64,000 nucleotides of DNA. Source: Octopus bimaculoides (taxonomy: Eukaryota). The DNA is taken from assembly GCF_001194135.2 (NCBI RefSeq), contig NC_068985.1, forward strand, positions 21,906,750 to 21,970,749, read 5' to 3'. The stretch's first letter is position 1. Every line of letters begins with the position of its first letter. Positions 26,250 to 38,000 of this stretch are shown here, one piece after another. Under the pieces are notes generated by a model. That model saw only the letters and a list, made by a program, of their open reading frames with translations, had not been told where the DNA came from and did no database searches. The position numbers and the translations under genes were made by a program.

Positions 26250-26950
26250 TGCGTTACATGCTCATTATATAGCAGATTTTGTTATAGCCAGTCTCATGAT
26301 AATGCTTTAGAAATGTCACATCAGCACACAAGATTGCAAGTACAGGGCCATGAGCTAAACAAATTTACTATTTGTATTCTTTCGGTTGGATACAGTCTGA
26401 ACTTGGTGAAAATAGCAGTGATAAAATAGGGTTTACAGATCAATCATCACTTTCTTTTGTATTTATTTAGTTGCTTCCACACATCCCTGAAATGTTATAA
26501 TGCCATGTTTAGGAAAGGACCATATTGCAGTGAAATGACTGTCAGCACATTTTGTCTCTGCTCTTCATGGAAATTTCAAGAAAATTCAAGACATTAATGA
26601 TAAAAAGTAGAATTGAAGACATAAGGCAGAAGTATTGAGCAACAAAATGGAAAAGCTGGAGAATTTTGAAAATTTTTGGAATGATATTCTGGAAAGCTTG
26701 AATAAAACAAGTAAAAATTTTGTACTTAAAAGATGTGGACATACTTGTGGCCATTGATCTTCTCAGGTCTCTGAAAGCTTATTTTCAAGAAATGAGAGTC
26801 ATATTCAGAGTGTGAAGAACAAGTATAAGATTAAGTTTAAAACCAAGTCCAGATTCAATGCACAATAGTTTAAGAAAATGAAGTGTGTATCTTAACAGAA
26901 GATAGAAATATACCTTCCTATTCTGGACTCTCTGAACTTTCACAGCAATT
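26250..26950 (+). pseudogene. hAT (ZMYM1-like) transposase fossil
   Basis: Seen: CYSQSHDNALEM...YSLNLV then VSALHGNFKKIQD...FWNDILESLNKTSK/KDVDILVAIDLLRSLKAYFQEMR with stops and frameshifts. Knowledge: matches CRGQSYDNAxNM...CxxHSLNLV of hAT transposases. Confidence 0.8.
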
Positions 26951-28726
26951 CAAACACTATATTGTCCACAGTAAAGAATGCAAGATTCTTGCAGATATGC
27001 ATATTAAACTCATTTCAAGTAAGTTAAAACTTGTGTTTTGACAGTGTTAAAAATTGCACTCTCAATATTTAAGAGCATGATGGCTTATTTTCCATGATGA
27101 AATTTACACACTCTTTGGACTTAAATGGAATATGCCTTTTCTCTTGTACACTGAAAGCAACATCTTCAAAAACATAGACTTTCAGTTAATTTTATGAAGC
27201 AATTTTCTACAATGAAAAATGCAAATTTTGTAACTGAAAAACCTAATTTTAATATGTTGGGTGAAAGCAAGGTAGTAAGCTGGCAGAATCATTACTATGC
27301 TGGGCAAAATGCTTAGCAGCATTCTATTCATCTCTATGTTCTGAGTTCAAATTCTGTTGAGATTGACTTTGCCTTTCATCCTTTCAGGATCAATAAAATA
27401 AGTACCAGTTGAACACTGGGGTCAATGTAATTGACCTATCTCCTCCCCTGAAATTGCTAGCCTTGCGCCAAAATTTGAAATCAATATGTTAGGGAAAAAT
27501 GAGATTAGCGGGCCCTGTATAGTGCTTTCCTTAGAGGCTTCTAATATTCTTATGAAAGTGCAGGGAGCCATAACAACATATGTGAAAACAGTATCCTGCT
27601 AAGAGAATCATGATTTAGTTAAACCATGTTGCTATTGAATTAACTGGTTATAATGTTCTGATGTATACCACAGACAGAGTAAGCACAGAAGAATATAAAT
27701 AACAGCTTGTAGAGGTTATGTGCATTGATAATTGCATAATAATACATCAAACTAGGAAGTGGGATAAGAAACTATGGAGACAAGACAAGAAACAGAAAGA
27801 AACATTTTCTTCTTCAATTCTAACACAAAAGGACATATGTATATCATTTTATTCCTGGAGAGCTATAAAACTGGAATTTGTTGTCATAATCCAAGAAATT
27901 TGTTCTAGAAATACTATAAGAAGAGAAAATCTAAGAAAGAATTAAATGTTGGAAAATGGCTGGCAGAGTGTAATATTATATAATATTACAAGTAATATAT
28001 AATCAATGTTTATTCCTCTACTAACAATTTTTTAATGTGTTTTCTATATTGAGTTGGAAGAGTCTGCTTGGAAATTTCCTTTACTGGCTGATACTCTGCC
28101 ATAAACTGAGACTGAAATCTAATAACAGCATGATAAACTGAAATATATTGAAGACAAAATGACAACCAAGAATACAACACAATTAGCTTGGAAAGAATTT
28201 TCAACAATTGACCTCTCAGGTTTAAAAGAAAAAATAGGAAAAAATAAAAGCTGTTATCATTTTCAAACTAAGATATGTTTTTGTAATGCTGGGTTAATGA
28301 CAACTTCTAATTATTCAATTTTTTCTATGTTATATTTCAGGAGTTTCAAGACAAATGAATAAATAAATAAAATAAAAGTACAACATCTATGTAGATGAAA
28401 CCTTAGGAGTTTGACTGTAATATTGTAAATTAGATTGTTGCAAGCCATAAATTTGTAGTGGTGGATGAAGTTGATTAAATCAACTGATAGTTATTTCATC
28501 AACCCCAGAAGGGTGTTAAGCAAAGTCCATTGCGGAAAGATTTGTAATGAGAAAACATCAGAAAATGGAGAGATGGAAGTAAATAATGACAAGTTATTTT
28601 TCAGCATTTCCTTGCTGTATCACTACATTTAGATTACACCAATTCTAACATACAAAACACTAAGCATAGTTTTGTGGCAGGAATAAAGCCGGATTTTCTA
28701 CAAAACAATAATACTACTGATGTTTC

Positions 28727-28955
28727 ATCTTTTTGACACCAACCTGCTTGAGATGCCCTTGGTTCTAAGATACAAACTTCCTGTATTAAAGTGATCTAAA
28801 TTAAAATTTTCCATCAAAATTTCATGCTAATTTATGTCCCAAACACCACCAGCTAAATAATGACAAAATGATTTTACAAGATTCTTCATTATTTTTTAAT
28901 TTAATTGAAACAATGGTCATGTATTTCAATAGAAATATAGTAACAAAAGGGGTAA
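28727..28955. mobile_element. TTAA MITE family 1, degenerate copy
   Basis: Seen: aligns with 5082-5303 in the same orientation; termini decayed. Confidence 0.7.
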
Positions 28956-30694
28956 TGAAGGTAGAGTGCCTGTTTTCAGTTTCACTGAAATATCAAAAAA
29001 TAAAACAAAATATTTGTGAGAATGAAGAAACCTGTAACTGCTTACACATTACTAGCAAATCATTATTCATATGAATATTTGTTTTCTGACAGAATCACTG
29101 TAAATGCTCACAGGTAGTTGAAGGAAATAAAGTAAATTTCTGTAGCTGAAGGAATTAAACTGAATTTCAATGCTTTGACAGCCACAAAACAATCCTTACG
29201 TACGGCTAACAGCAGGCTATTATCAAACTCAGAAGCATAGTGCATTTGCCAAATTATAATCACTTCTTCTAAACATATGGAATTATCATTGCATTCTGCT
29301 ACACATAATGATGAATGTCTGGAATGTTTTGTATATCTTTATAAATTTTGCTTTCTGTTTGCATTTTATAAAAGCTGATGTTGCATTTTTCTTTGTTAAT
29401 TCTGTCATACTGTAGGAATGTTACACATAAAAACATAGGCATTCACACACACACATAGAAAATTTTGTGCTAAATAAATCTGGTGATAAAGTGAAATTGA
29501 CAATCTTTTTATCTTTCAAAAGTCAATATTTGAATGCAGAATGCCAGTTGCTCTTTATCACAATTCTATAAAGATACACTAATATGTGTGTTAGTGTGAG
29601 TGTATGTGTGTGTGTGTGTGTGTGCACCTGTGCGTATGGGCCTTTGTGTTCTATTTGTTCCCCCCACCACTTGACAACAGATGTTGGTCTGTTTATGTCC
29701 CATAACTTAGTAGTTTCGCAAAAGAGACCAATATGATTAGTAGCAGCCTTAAAAAAGTAAAGTATGTACTGGGGGTTAAGTTGTTTGACTAAAAAACCTT
29801 TCAAGATGGTGCCTTACTTGCAGTCAATAACTGAAACAAGTAAAAGATAATACACACACACACACACACACACATACACATGTAAGCCAATGTCACAGCC
29901 TCTATTTTACTCCTTCATATGTGTTTGCATAATGTAATCCTTGCTTAAATACTCCTACCCCTGTAATTTTTGCCAGTTACTATGGTTACTAGATTGACAC
30001 ACTAGTGAAAATACATCAGCAGTACATCCTTGATATATCTTGGATTCAGCCATGCTTATTAAGGGACTTACACTAAGCAAATCTAGCATCTCGACTTGTG
30101 TCAAAGAAAGTAAGTGGAAAAATTTCCTCCTAGAAATTTTGAAACAAGAAGAAAGGGTGCAACAACAGTGTTTGTATTCTAAACAATGGTATTATTTAAG
30201 AGATGTTCTAAAATACATAACTTAAAATTAATTGATAATCATGATAAAGACTTTTTTTTTCTTTCGAAATTGAAGTGTGTTTCTAGTATAATATCACTCA
30301 TTAAATATAGAATTAAATTCCTAGATATAGAAAAAAAAAATGTGCTGGCCAAGTCTGGAACCCCTTTGAGCATAGGCTTGATTAGTGTCAATCAATGTCT
30401 AAACTGTAGAATATATAATTTAAAGATCTCAAAATATCATCATTTTATGAACACATACATGTAATCTGTCTGTCTATAAACACACACACACACACACATA
30501 TATATACACACACACGCATATATATACACACATATATATATCATCATCATCATCATTTAATGTCTGCTTTCCATACTGGCATTTATACATAAAAAAAGCA
30601 GCATACATATAACAATGTATTACTCTCTTATTGATTGGTAAGAACATTACATATATCTATAAATACATAGAGAGTGTATCAATAGAATCTTATA

Positions 30695-30725
<31 letters not shown>

Positions 30726-30896
30726 GGAGTGGTTGTTTTGTTGTTGTAATGTTATTAACATTCAACTCCTTTAATCTTTGAAATATTTTGCAATTATACA
30801 ACAGGCTGACTAATTTCAATTTTAATTTCCCCCTTCAAGAAGAAGAAAAAAAAAATCAAATTTACTGAATAAGTTACTGATTAATTATTCAAATCT

Positions 30897-30899
<3 letters not shown>

Positions 30900-30953
<54 letters not shown>

Positions 30954-31000
30954 NNNNNNNNNNNNNNNNNNNNNNNNNNNNNNNNNNNNNNNNNNNNNNN

Positions 31001-31051
<51 letters not shown>
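30900..31051. repeat. (GA)n microsatellite spanning a gap
   Basis: Seen directly. Confidence 0.95.
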
Positions 31052-31056
<5 letters not shown>

Positions 31057-31488
31057 GGGGGAGTTTAAAACTGAAATCTAGAACTTTAGATCAATGAATG
31101 CTTTACTTATGTTATTGACAGGTAAATCAACAAAGGTGTAAATCACCAGCTTTAATAGAAAGTAACTGTATCCAACTAATCAAAGATATACAAGATTTAT
31201 ATCTTCTATTCAGTTTTTATACAATATGAATAGGCAATTATTGATATGACATATTGTATATATTGATAAGACATTTATGTTAGATTAGTTACATTATAGT
31301 ATTTAATAGTATTGCTCTCAGCTTAGAGCTGTAATTCTGCTGCAGTCAATTTTGCCTTTCCTCCCTCAGGTAGGGTTAGATCAACTAAGAAATATACTTC
31401 AATTAATTTATATATCCCTTATCTTCTAACAATTAACTTTAGAACTAAGCAAGGAGTCCTTAGCAACATGTAACCACTAAAGATTTAA

Positions 31489-31710
31489 TCCCTTTGTTAC
31501 CATATTTCTGCTGAAATATACTGTCTATATTTTAATTAGTTTTGAAAATCACGAGGAATTTAATGAAATAACTTTGTCATTATTAAGCTGGTGTTTGGAA
31601 TATAAATTAATATGAGATTTTGATGGAAAGTTTTAATTTACATCACTTTGAAACAGGCAGTTTGTATCATAGAACCAAGAGTGGTCTCAGGCAGATTGGT
31701 ATCAATAGTG
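31489..31710. mobile_element. TTAA MITE family 1, inverted copy
   Basis: Seen: TTAA flanks at 31485 and 31711; reverse complement aligns with 5082-5303 and 28727-28955. Confidence 0.8.
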
Positions 31711-32386
31711 TTAACATGTTCTACAACTGATTCTGTAATTTGGTTTCACTTCTAGATAAAACCATTTGACTTCCCAATATATATAAATATATATTTACGT
31801 GTGTGTATGTGTGTGTATTTCTACACTTATGGAAGAAAAAGAATTTTAAGTGTCTTTTTTACAGTAAAAATTGTTGCTTATTATAAAAGGTGCCATTATA
31901 TTTCTTGGACTTATTGTTGCAGTCTGAGAGCATAGGATTCTTGTAGAAATATATTGGCATTCATTCAACCCATACTTACTTGGAAAATGAACTTGAAACA
32001 AATGAACAAATGATATAAATGCATATATATCATTGTGTGTGTGTGTGTGTGCGTGCGCGTGTGTGTGTACACATATACATTGAGCTTCTACACATCGACC
32101 AAATTTCATTGGTAAACTCAAGGTTATGGTAGAATATATCTGCCCAAGATACTATGCAGTGGTATGAAACTTCTTAAGCATACAACTATACAAAAACACC
32201 ATCCAACAAAAACAAAAGATTAAAAAAGAAAACAAAAACGCCTTCCAACAAACCTGAAACCTTCAGTATAGTTTTAAAATGGTTAAATCACACTGTTTCA
32301 GTGAAGCGGCTTTCATTACAGATATTTAACAAAATGTTACATTCATAGCACATAAAAACAACTTGGAATGAAAGAATTATCATCTA

Positions 32387-32552
32387 AGGCACAGGCATGG
32401 CTGTGTGGTAAGAAGCTTGCTTCCCAACCACATGGCTCTGAGTTCAGTTCCACTGCACGCACGGCACCTTGGGCGAGTGTCTTCTACTAAAGCCTTGGGC
32501 TGACCAAAGCCTTGTGAGTGGATTTGGTAGACCAAAACTGGAAGAAACCTGT

Positions 32553-32588
<36 letters not shown>

Positions 32589-32948
32589 GTTGAAGAAAAA
32601 GTTTGTGTGCCATGTTTTGAAAAATAGTTGTTGTTTTTGAATAAATTCTTGCATAAAAAATCATTATTCTAACACGGCACACAAACTTTTCCCTCAACCT
32701 AGTATATATATATGTATATATTTGTGTGTGTGTATGTGTGTTTGTCTCCCCCGCCCATCGCTTGACAACCAGTGTTAGTGCGTTTATGTCCCCATAACTT
32801 AGCAGTTCAGCAAAAGACCAATAGAATAAGTACAAGGTTTGCAAAGAATAAGTCTTGAGGTTGATTTCTTCGACTAAACCCCTTTAAGGTGGTGCTCCAG
32901 CATGGCCGCAGCCAAGTGACTAAAACAAGTTAAAAGAATAAAAGAATA
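32387..32948 (+). mobile_element. Full-length SINE family B
   Basis: Seen: ggcatggctgtgtggtaagaag head, gagttcagttccactg, ggcaccttgggcgagtgtcttctact (CORE-like segment), internal (TA)n, complete tail. Confidence 0.9.
32585..32702. mobile_element. 118-bp mariner-type MITE
   Basis: Seen: 32-bp TIRs (28/32) beginning ttaggttg, TA on both sides. Knowledge: TA target and TTAGGTTG termini are mariner hallmarks (as in Made1/Hsmar1). Confidence 0.9.
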
Positions 32949-33462
32949 ACCCTCACAGCTATTGCTTTCCTCTAATAATAATTTTAACAGATGATAAATT
33001 TTAAGGATGCAATATATTTCAGACATCAGCTTTTTTTAAAACCTAAACACAATATTTTAGTAAAAGTTATATCTAAACATTTATTGCACACTTAAAATAG
33101 TAATACAAATGATTATGATGATGGTGATCCATTAAATCGAATTCCTGATCATTTCGAATGGAATCAGAGAAAAAGAAAAAAAAATTCATATCTCTTTTTC
33201 CAATATTTTGCTGAATACAGAATTTGTTGCGTTTGGGAAATAATGATTTTCTATTTCTATATTTTTGGTTTTTTTTTTTTTAGCCAAAGAAACATAAAAA
33301 CTTTTTATATTTTTGTTTTTTATATGCAATAAATTCAAAATCATGGACTAAATTTGAACTTATGTAAAAGAATGTTGTTGTTGTTATTATTAGAGAACCA
33401 TGTTTGAAATGGTGCCAGTGTTCACTGGAGAAAAAAAATTGTTGAATAGCACAAAGTCAGTT

Positions 33463-33501
<39 letters not shown>

Positions 33502-34833
33502 TATCGTTGTTGTGATCATCGTTTTCGATGTTTTGTAATAAATGTAAAAGTATAGAAATACAGAACTATCAATATAAAAAAAAAAGCTATCTTTATTGTC
33601 ATTGTATTGGGCATAATAAAAAAAATGTAGGAGCTAAACTGTGAGGGTTTACGAATAAAATGCAATGACTCATAACACATCCCAGCAAGGATGGTTAACT
33701 TTTTTAAAACATTTTTTTCTTACATAAGGGCATTTATTAATGGCATTAAGCCAAAGTGACATTAAGCCTAAAACAACCCTGTTTAATATAATTTACAAGG
33801 CATTTATCATTAAACTATTGGGCTAATCACCAAAATAATTGTCCACAGCTGGCTGTAACTCAAAGGCTTTTCCTTTTCTTGATGATCAGCTTCTACCCAA
33901 AGGTATGGATCAGTGTCACTTTTAGACAGAATCAATTTTGACCACTTATCCTAATTTACAGCTGGTACATATTTTATGAAGCTCAGACAAATGAAACAGA
34001 GAAACACATCAACTACAGTACTATTGAATGTTCTACTCTGGGTCCTCTCTCTTTCTTACTCTCTCTCTCTCTCTCTCTTGCTCTCTCACACATACATATA
34101 CAGACTTAAAATGTATTATACGTAGAATTAGACAGTTTCAGTTAAAAATCAATAAAATATAGAAAACCAGAAATGGAACAACAGTTCCATAACACCAAAG
34201 AGTTGCAAGGGGAAGAGTTATGAACAAAAAAACATAATGTAGAGGCCAAGTTACTATTGCTATTATTTGACTACAGAAAGCATTCTAGTGAGACAAACAA
34301 AGTTATAATCTATCAAGTGGTACCATTTACATTGTTTAGTAAGGGAGTTCTGACTGAAGATAATTTCCGCTGAAGCTTTTGCTCACTCACTCAAGGAAAC
34401 AAAGGGTATTGTAAAGAGAACTCAAACAAAATCTCTTCTCTTCAGTCTTTGTTGTAAATTTTTATAGGAATTTCTTTTATACAAAAAAAAAGCAACTTAT
34501 TTAAAATGAAATGCTTCATTTCTCTGCTAGTTATACATTTCTTCAGAATTGACAGTTAAAAGAAAAAGAGAATCTCTCTCTCTCTCTCTCTCTCTCTTTA
34601 TTGCTTTCTCCCTTTCTCTCTCTCATATTCTTCACTAATTTCTCATATTCTTTTTCAGGCATTTATCGGAGTCTTTTGTAACTATGTTCCTGTCAACTCA
34701 TCACTTAAATATGCATGTGTCCCATCATTTCTTTTTTACCCTAGTACATTTCTCTTTTCTTAACATCTTCAATATAAACACAATATCAGATGTATAAAGA
34801 AGGAATTTCTGAAATTAATCCACCAACTAGTAA

Positions 34834-34869
<36 letters not shown>

Positions 34870-35304
34870 GCTGACCCAGATATTTCCAAGTATTTTTATC
34901 TCAGTTTGACAGTTTTATTAAAAACTCATGACATCTTAGAAAGAAATAGAGAGGAGCATCTCAAAGAATTTAGGTAAGAAATATCAAAGAGTCAAAAAAG
35001 AAAAACAAAAAGCCTTTAGCATTCCACTGACATATCAAAGTTTCAATATTCTGCTGGTACCAATCTACTATAAATGATAGAGAAACATTTCTATAGTTTA
35101 ACAGTATGCTGAGTCTTTAAAATAATTAGATATTAACGCATCTCTCATTGATATTCTCATCACATGCCAACCCTCCGTCAATAATAATATACTGCATTGT
35201 CAAGAGTTTTAATATACTTCTGTATGAAGAATCTATGTAGAATTAAAATCATGTTATTATTTTCTCTAACTACAATGACATAGATATTAATGTAAATTAT
35301 TTCA

Positions 35305-35386
35305 ATATATTTGTGTGTGTGTACGTATGTATGTATGTATGTGTGTGCATATGTATGTATGTAATGTATGTATGTATGCATGTTTG

Positions 35387-35423
<37 letters not shown>

Positions 35424-35527
35424 TTATGTATGTGTGTATGCATGTTTGTGTGTATATATGTATGTATGTATGTGTGTGTATATGTATGTATGCATGTGTG
35501 CGCATGTGTATGTATGTATGTATGTAA
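35305..35527. repeat. Compound (TATG)n/(TA)n/(TG)n microsatellite
   Basis: Seen directly; explains the overlapping spurious ORFs at 35178-35606. Confidence 0.95.
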
Positions 35528-37689
35528 CTAAATATTGATTCTTCTTATTCATTAGAAGCATTAACAAACATTTTGATGTAAATTTGCTGTTGTTTTTATT
35601 ATGCAATCAGTTTATTTTTTACAGCACTTAATCATAACTGTATTGTAATAATCTTTACATAGACATTTCTAGAATAAAATAAAATAAAATAAAATAAAAT
35701 AAAATAAAATTAAATGAAAACAAGAAATACATTATCTCCTAGAATAAAAGTATTGATATTTTAGCTTTAGAAATATTGTTGAATAATTTAGTAAAGGAAT
35801 ATTTCTGTTCTGAAATAGTCACCAAGAGAAATTGTAGTCATAAACATTTCTAAGTAGGAAATTTATGTGTTTGCTGGTATGCATTAAGAAACAGTAAGAA
35901 GGAACCCTGCTATGTTTCTTAAACTGGGGTTAGATCAAAGAACAGGGTGGCAGAGATAAAACTGTTGGTGACATATAACTACCATATAATGAATAGCAGA
36001 TGAGAACCTCTTAAAGGAAACTGTAAGCTGAGCTGAAATTTTCCCACCATTTCTACATCCTTTCATATCAATATGGAAAGTAACAAGAAACTTGGTGACT
36101 ATGTGAAGAAAGCTTAATCTATGTGTATGTATATGTTTCTATACAGCCAAAGTAAGGAATGAAAGCGAGGTCTTGAGATAAAAAGCCAGATATAATCAGT
36201 GAAGTCTATCATCTTAAAAGTTATTAGTGATGAAACATTAATAGGTTTTCTCTTGTCAACAGAAACATAAGCTGAAGAAGAAGAAGAAACAAGGGCCGGT
36301 AATGCTTTCACTGCTTACTCACTCAAGCAAGCATGAAATTGAAGAGTTAGTAAGTTAGTCCAAGTGAAACAAAGTAGGGATTTTTTATATTTAATTAAGC
36401 CAATGTAGAAAGTAAATGATGGATCAAAGTCAGAACAATAAACATTAACGAACATCACACAGATAATTATTTACAAAGAACACAATAAATATTGCTTCAA
36501 AGTCAATGTAAATATTATCATAATCTTGGTGGTATCCTTTGCTCTCTGTGTGTGTCTCTGTACACACACACACTAAACATTATATATATAACATACACAC
36601 ACACACACGCACATAAATACATATAACATACACACACATATAATATACATATAACACATACACACACACACACACACTGAGCCAAAAATCGTTAAAACAG
36701 ACAGAAGAGCTATTCAAATAACAGAAGGTTCAAACATCAGAATAGACTCTTTGGCGTATAAAATGAGTAAAAATGTGTGTGTGTGTGTGTGTGTGTTAGT
36801 GGAAGAGAGAGAGAGAGAGAGAGAAATATTATACACATGCTGAGAGGGGTCTCTGCATTAGTGCGTCTGCTTATGTTTTTACTGTAGACATGAAGTCTAG
36901 AGATGACTATAAACCTATTAAATGGTTAAGAGAATAAAAGAAAATTAAAGGGATAACAACAATATAGTAGAGTTACTTTATAAAATTCAAGTTATAGACA
37001 AGACATTACAAAACAAGGCATTTTCTTTCTGTTGTGGCCTACGATATTACAATAGCCCTGACCTGGTTTACTGAGCAAATTCCCTCACAGTAACATATAA
37101 GCCATTAAAGTAAAGAGATTAAAGTTGATATTTTATCCTTTTAACTGAGCAATAATACTTGGTCAGCACAAAATCAATACAACAATACCAGTCACTTGAT
37201 ACTGTTTTGCCTGAATAGTGTTTTAGAAATAATTCACTGACAGTTACAAATTACCTAAATTGTGAAATTTAAGGTAATGAATACTTCTAATTGATAATGT
37301 AGCAATCTATGAAGTAAAATTGATTGACTGAGAGGCACAATAAACTGATTTGATAGGTTGTTAGCAATTAAATCAATGAGTCAATAAATTCCGTACAATC
37401 ACAGAGGCTGTGATGTGTTCATGACAAAAAATAATTGACACTCACTGGTTTAGTTCACTTAACTGCAAATAAATGAAAAACCAGAGTTGTAGTACACTGG
37501 TTGTCAATAGAACAATAACCCATAAGTGTTTCAGCTGAAATCAAATCATTTCATGAGCAAACTTCTGTAGCCATAACTAACTTTGGTTCTTAGTTGCACC
37601 AAAAAGTCTGCTACTTCAAACAATGAGTTACCCCAAACAAGCCATTAATACTGCTCACCATTACACCTGCACTACTGTGTCTCTACCCT

Positions 37690-38000
37690 CAATTCTTAAA
37701 TCTGTCCTGCCACCAAATGCTTTCTTTTTCCCCTTATCTATTCTTACAACTACCTTATCTCTCCAATGCTGCACTGTATGGTACGTACATTTCCTCTAAC
37801 ATGATGCTGCCACTTCACCACATCTTTCTTGAATGGTCTTTCCCTTCTTTCAGACACCATTTCAATCTCTGTGACATTCTACATTCCACCTTGTTCCGTT
37901 CCACCTGCTTCCGTTGCACACTCTCACTTCTACTGCAACACCTGATCCTCTATCCAAAGCATTAGCTCTTTGCACATTTAAAAGGACCCAACTCCCACTT
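37690..38000 (-). mobile_element. Heavily decayed RTE-like LINE fragment
   Basis: Inference: minus strand loosely follows the RVQAGW...KGKxYKxVVRxAMxYG region of RTE ORF2; many indels. Confidence 0.4.

Noticed and set aside
34640-34867. Strong acceptor-like tract followed by a 33-nt poly(A)
   Set aside because: No donor, no meaningful frame and no TSD; not supportable as an exon or retrocopy.
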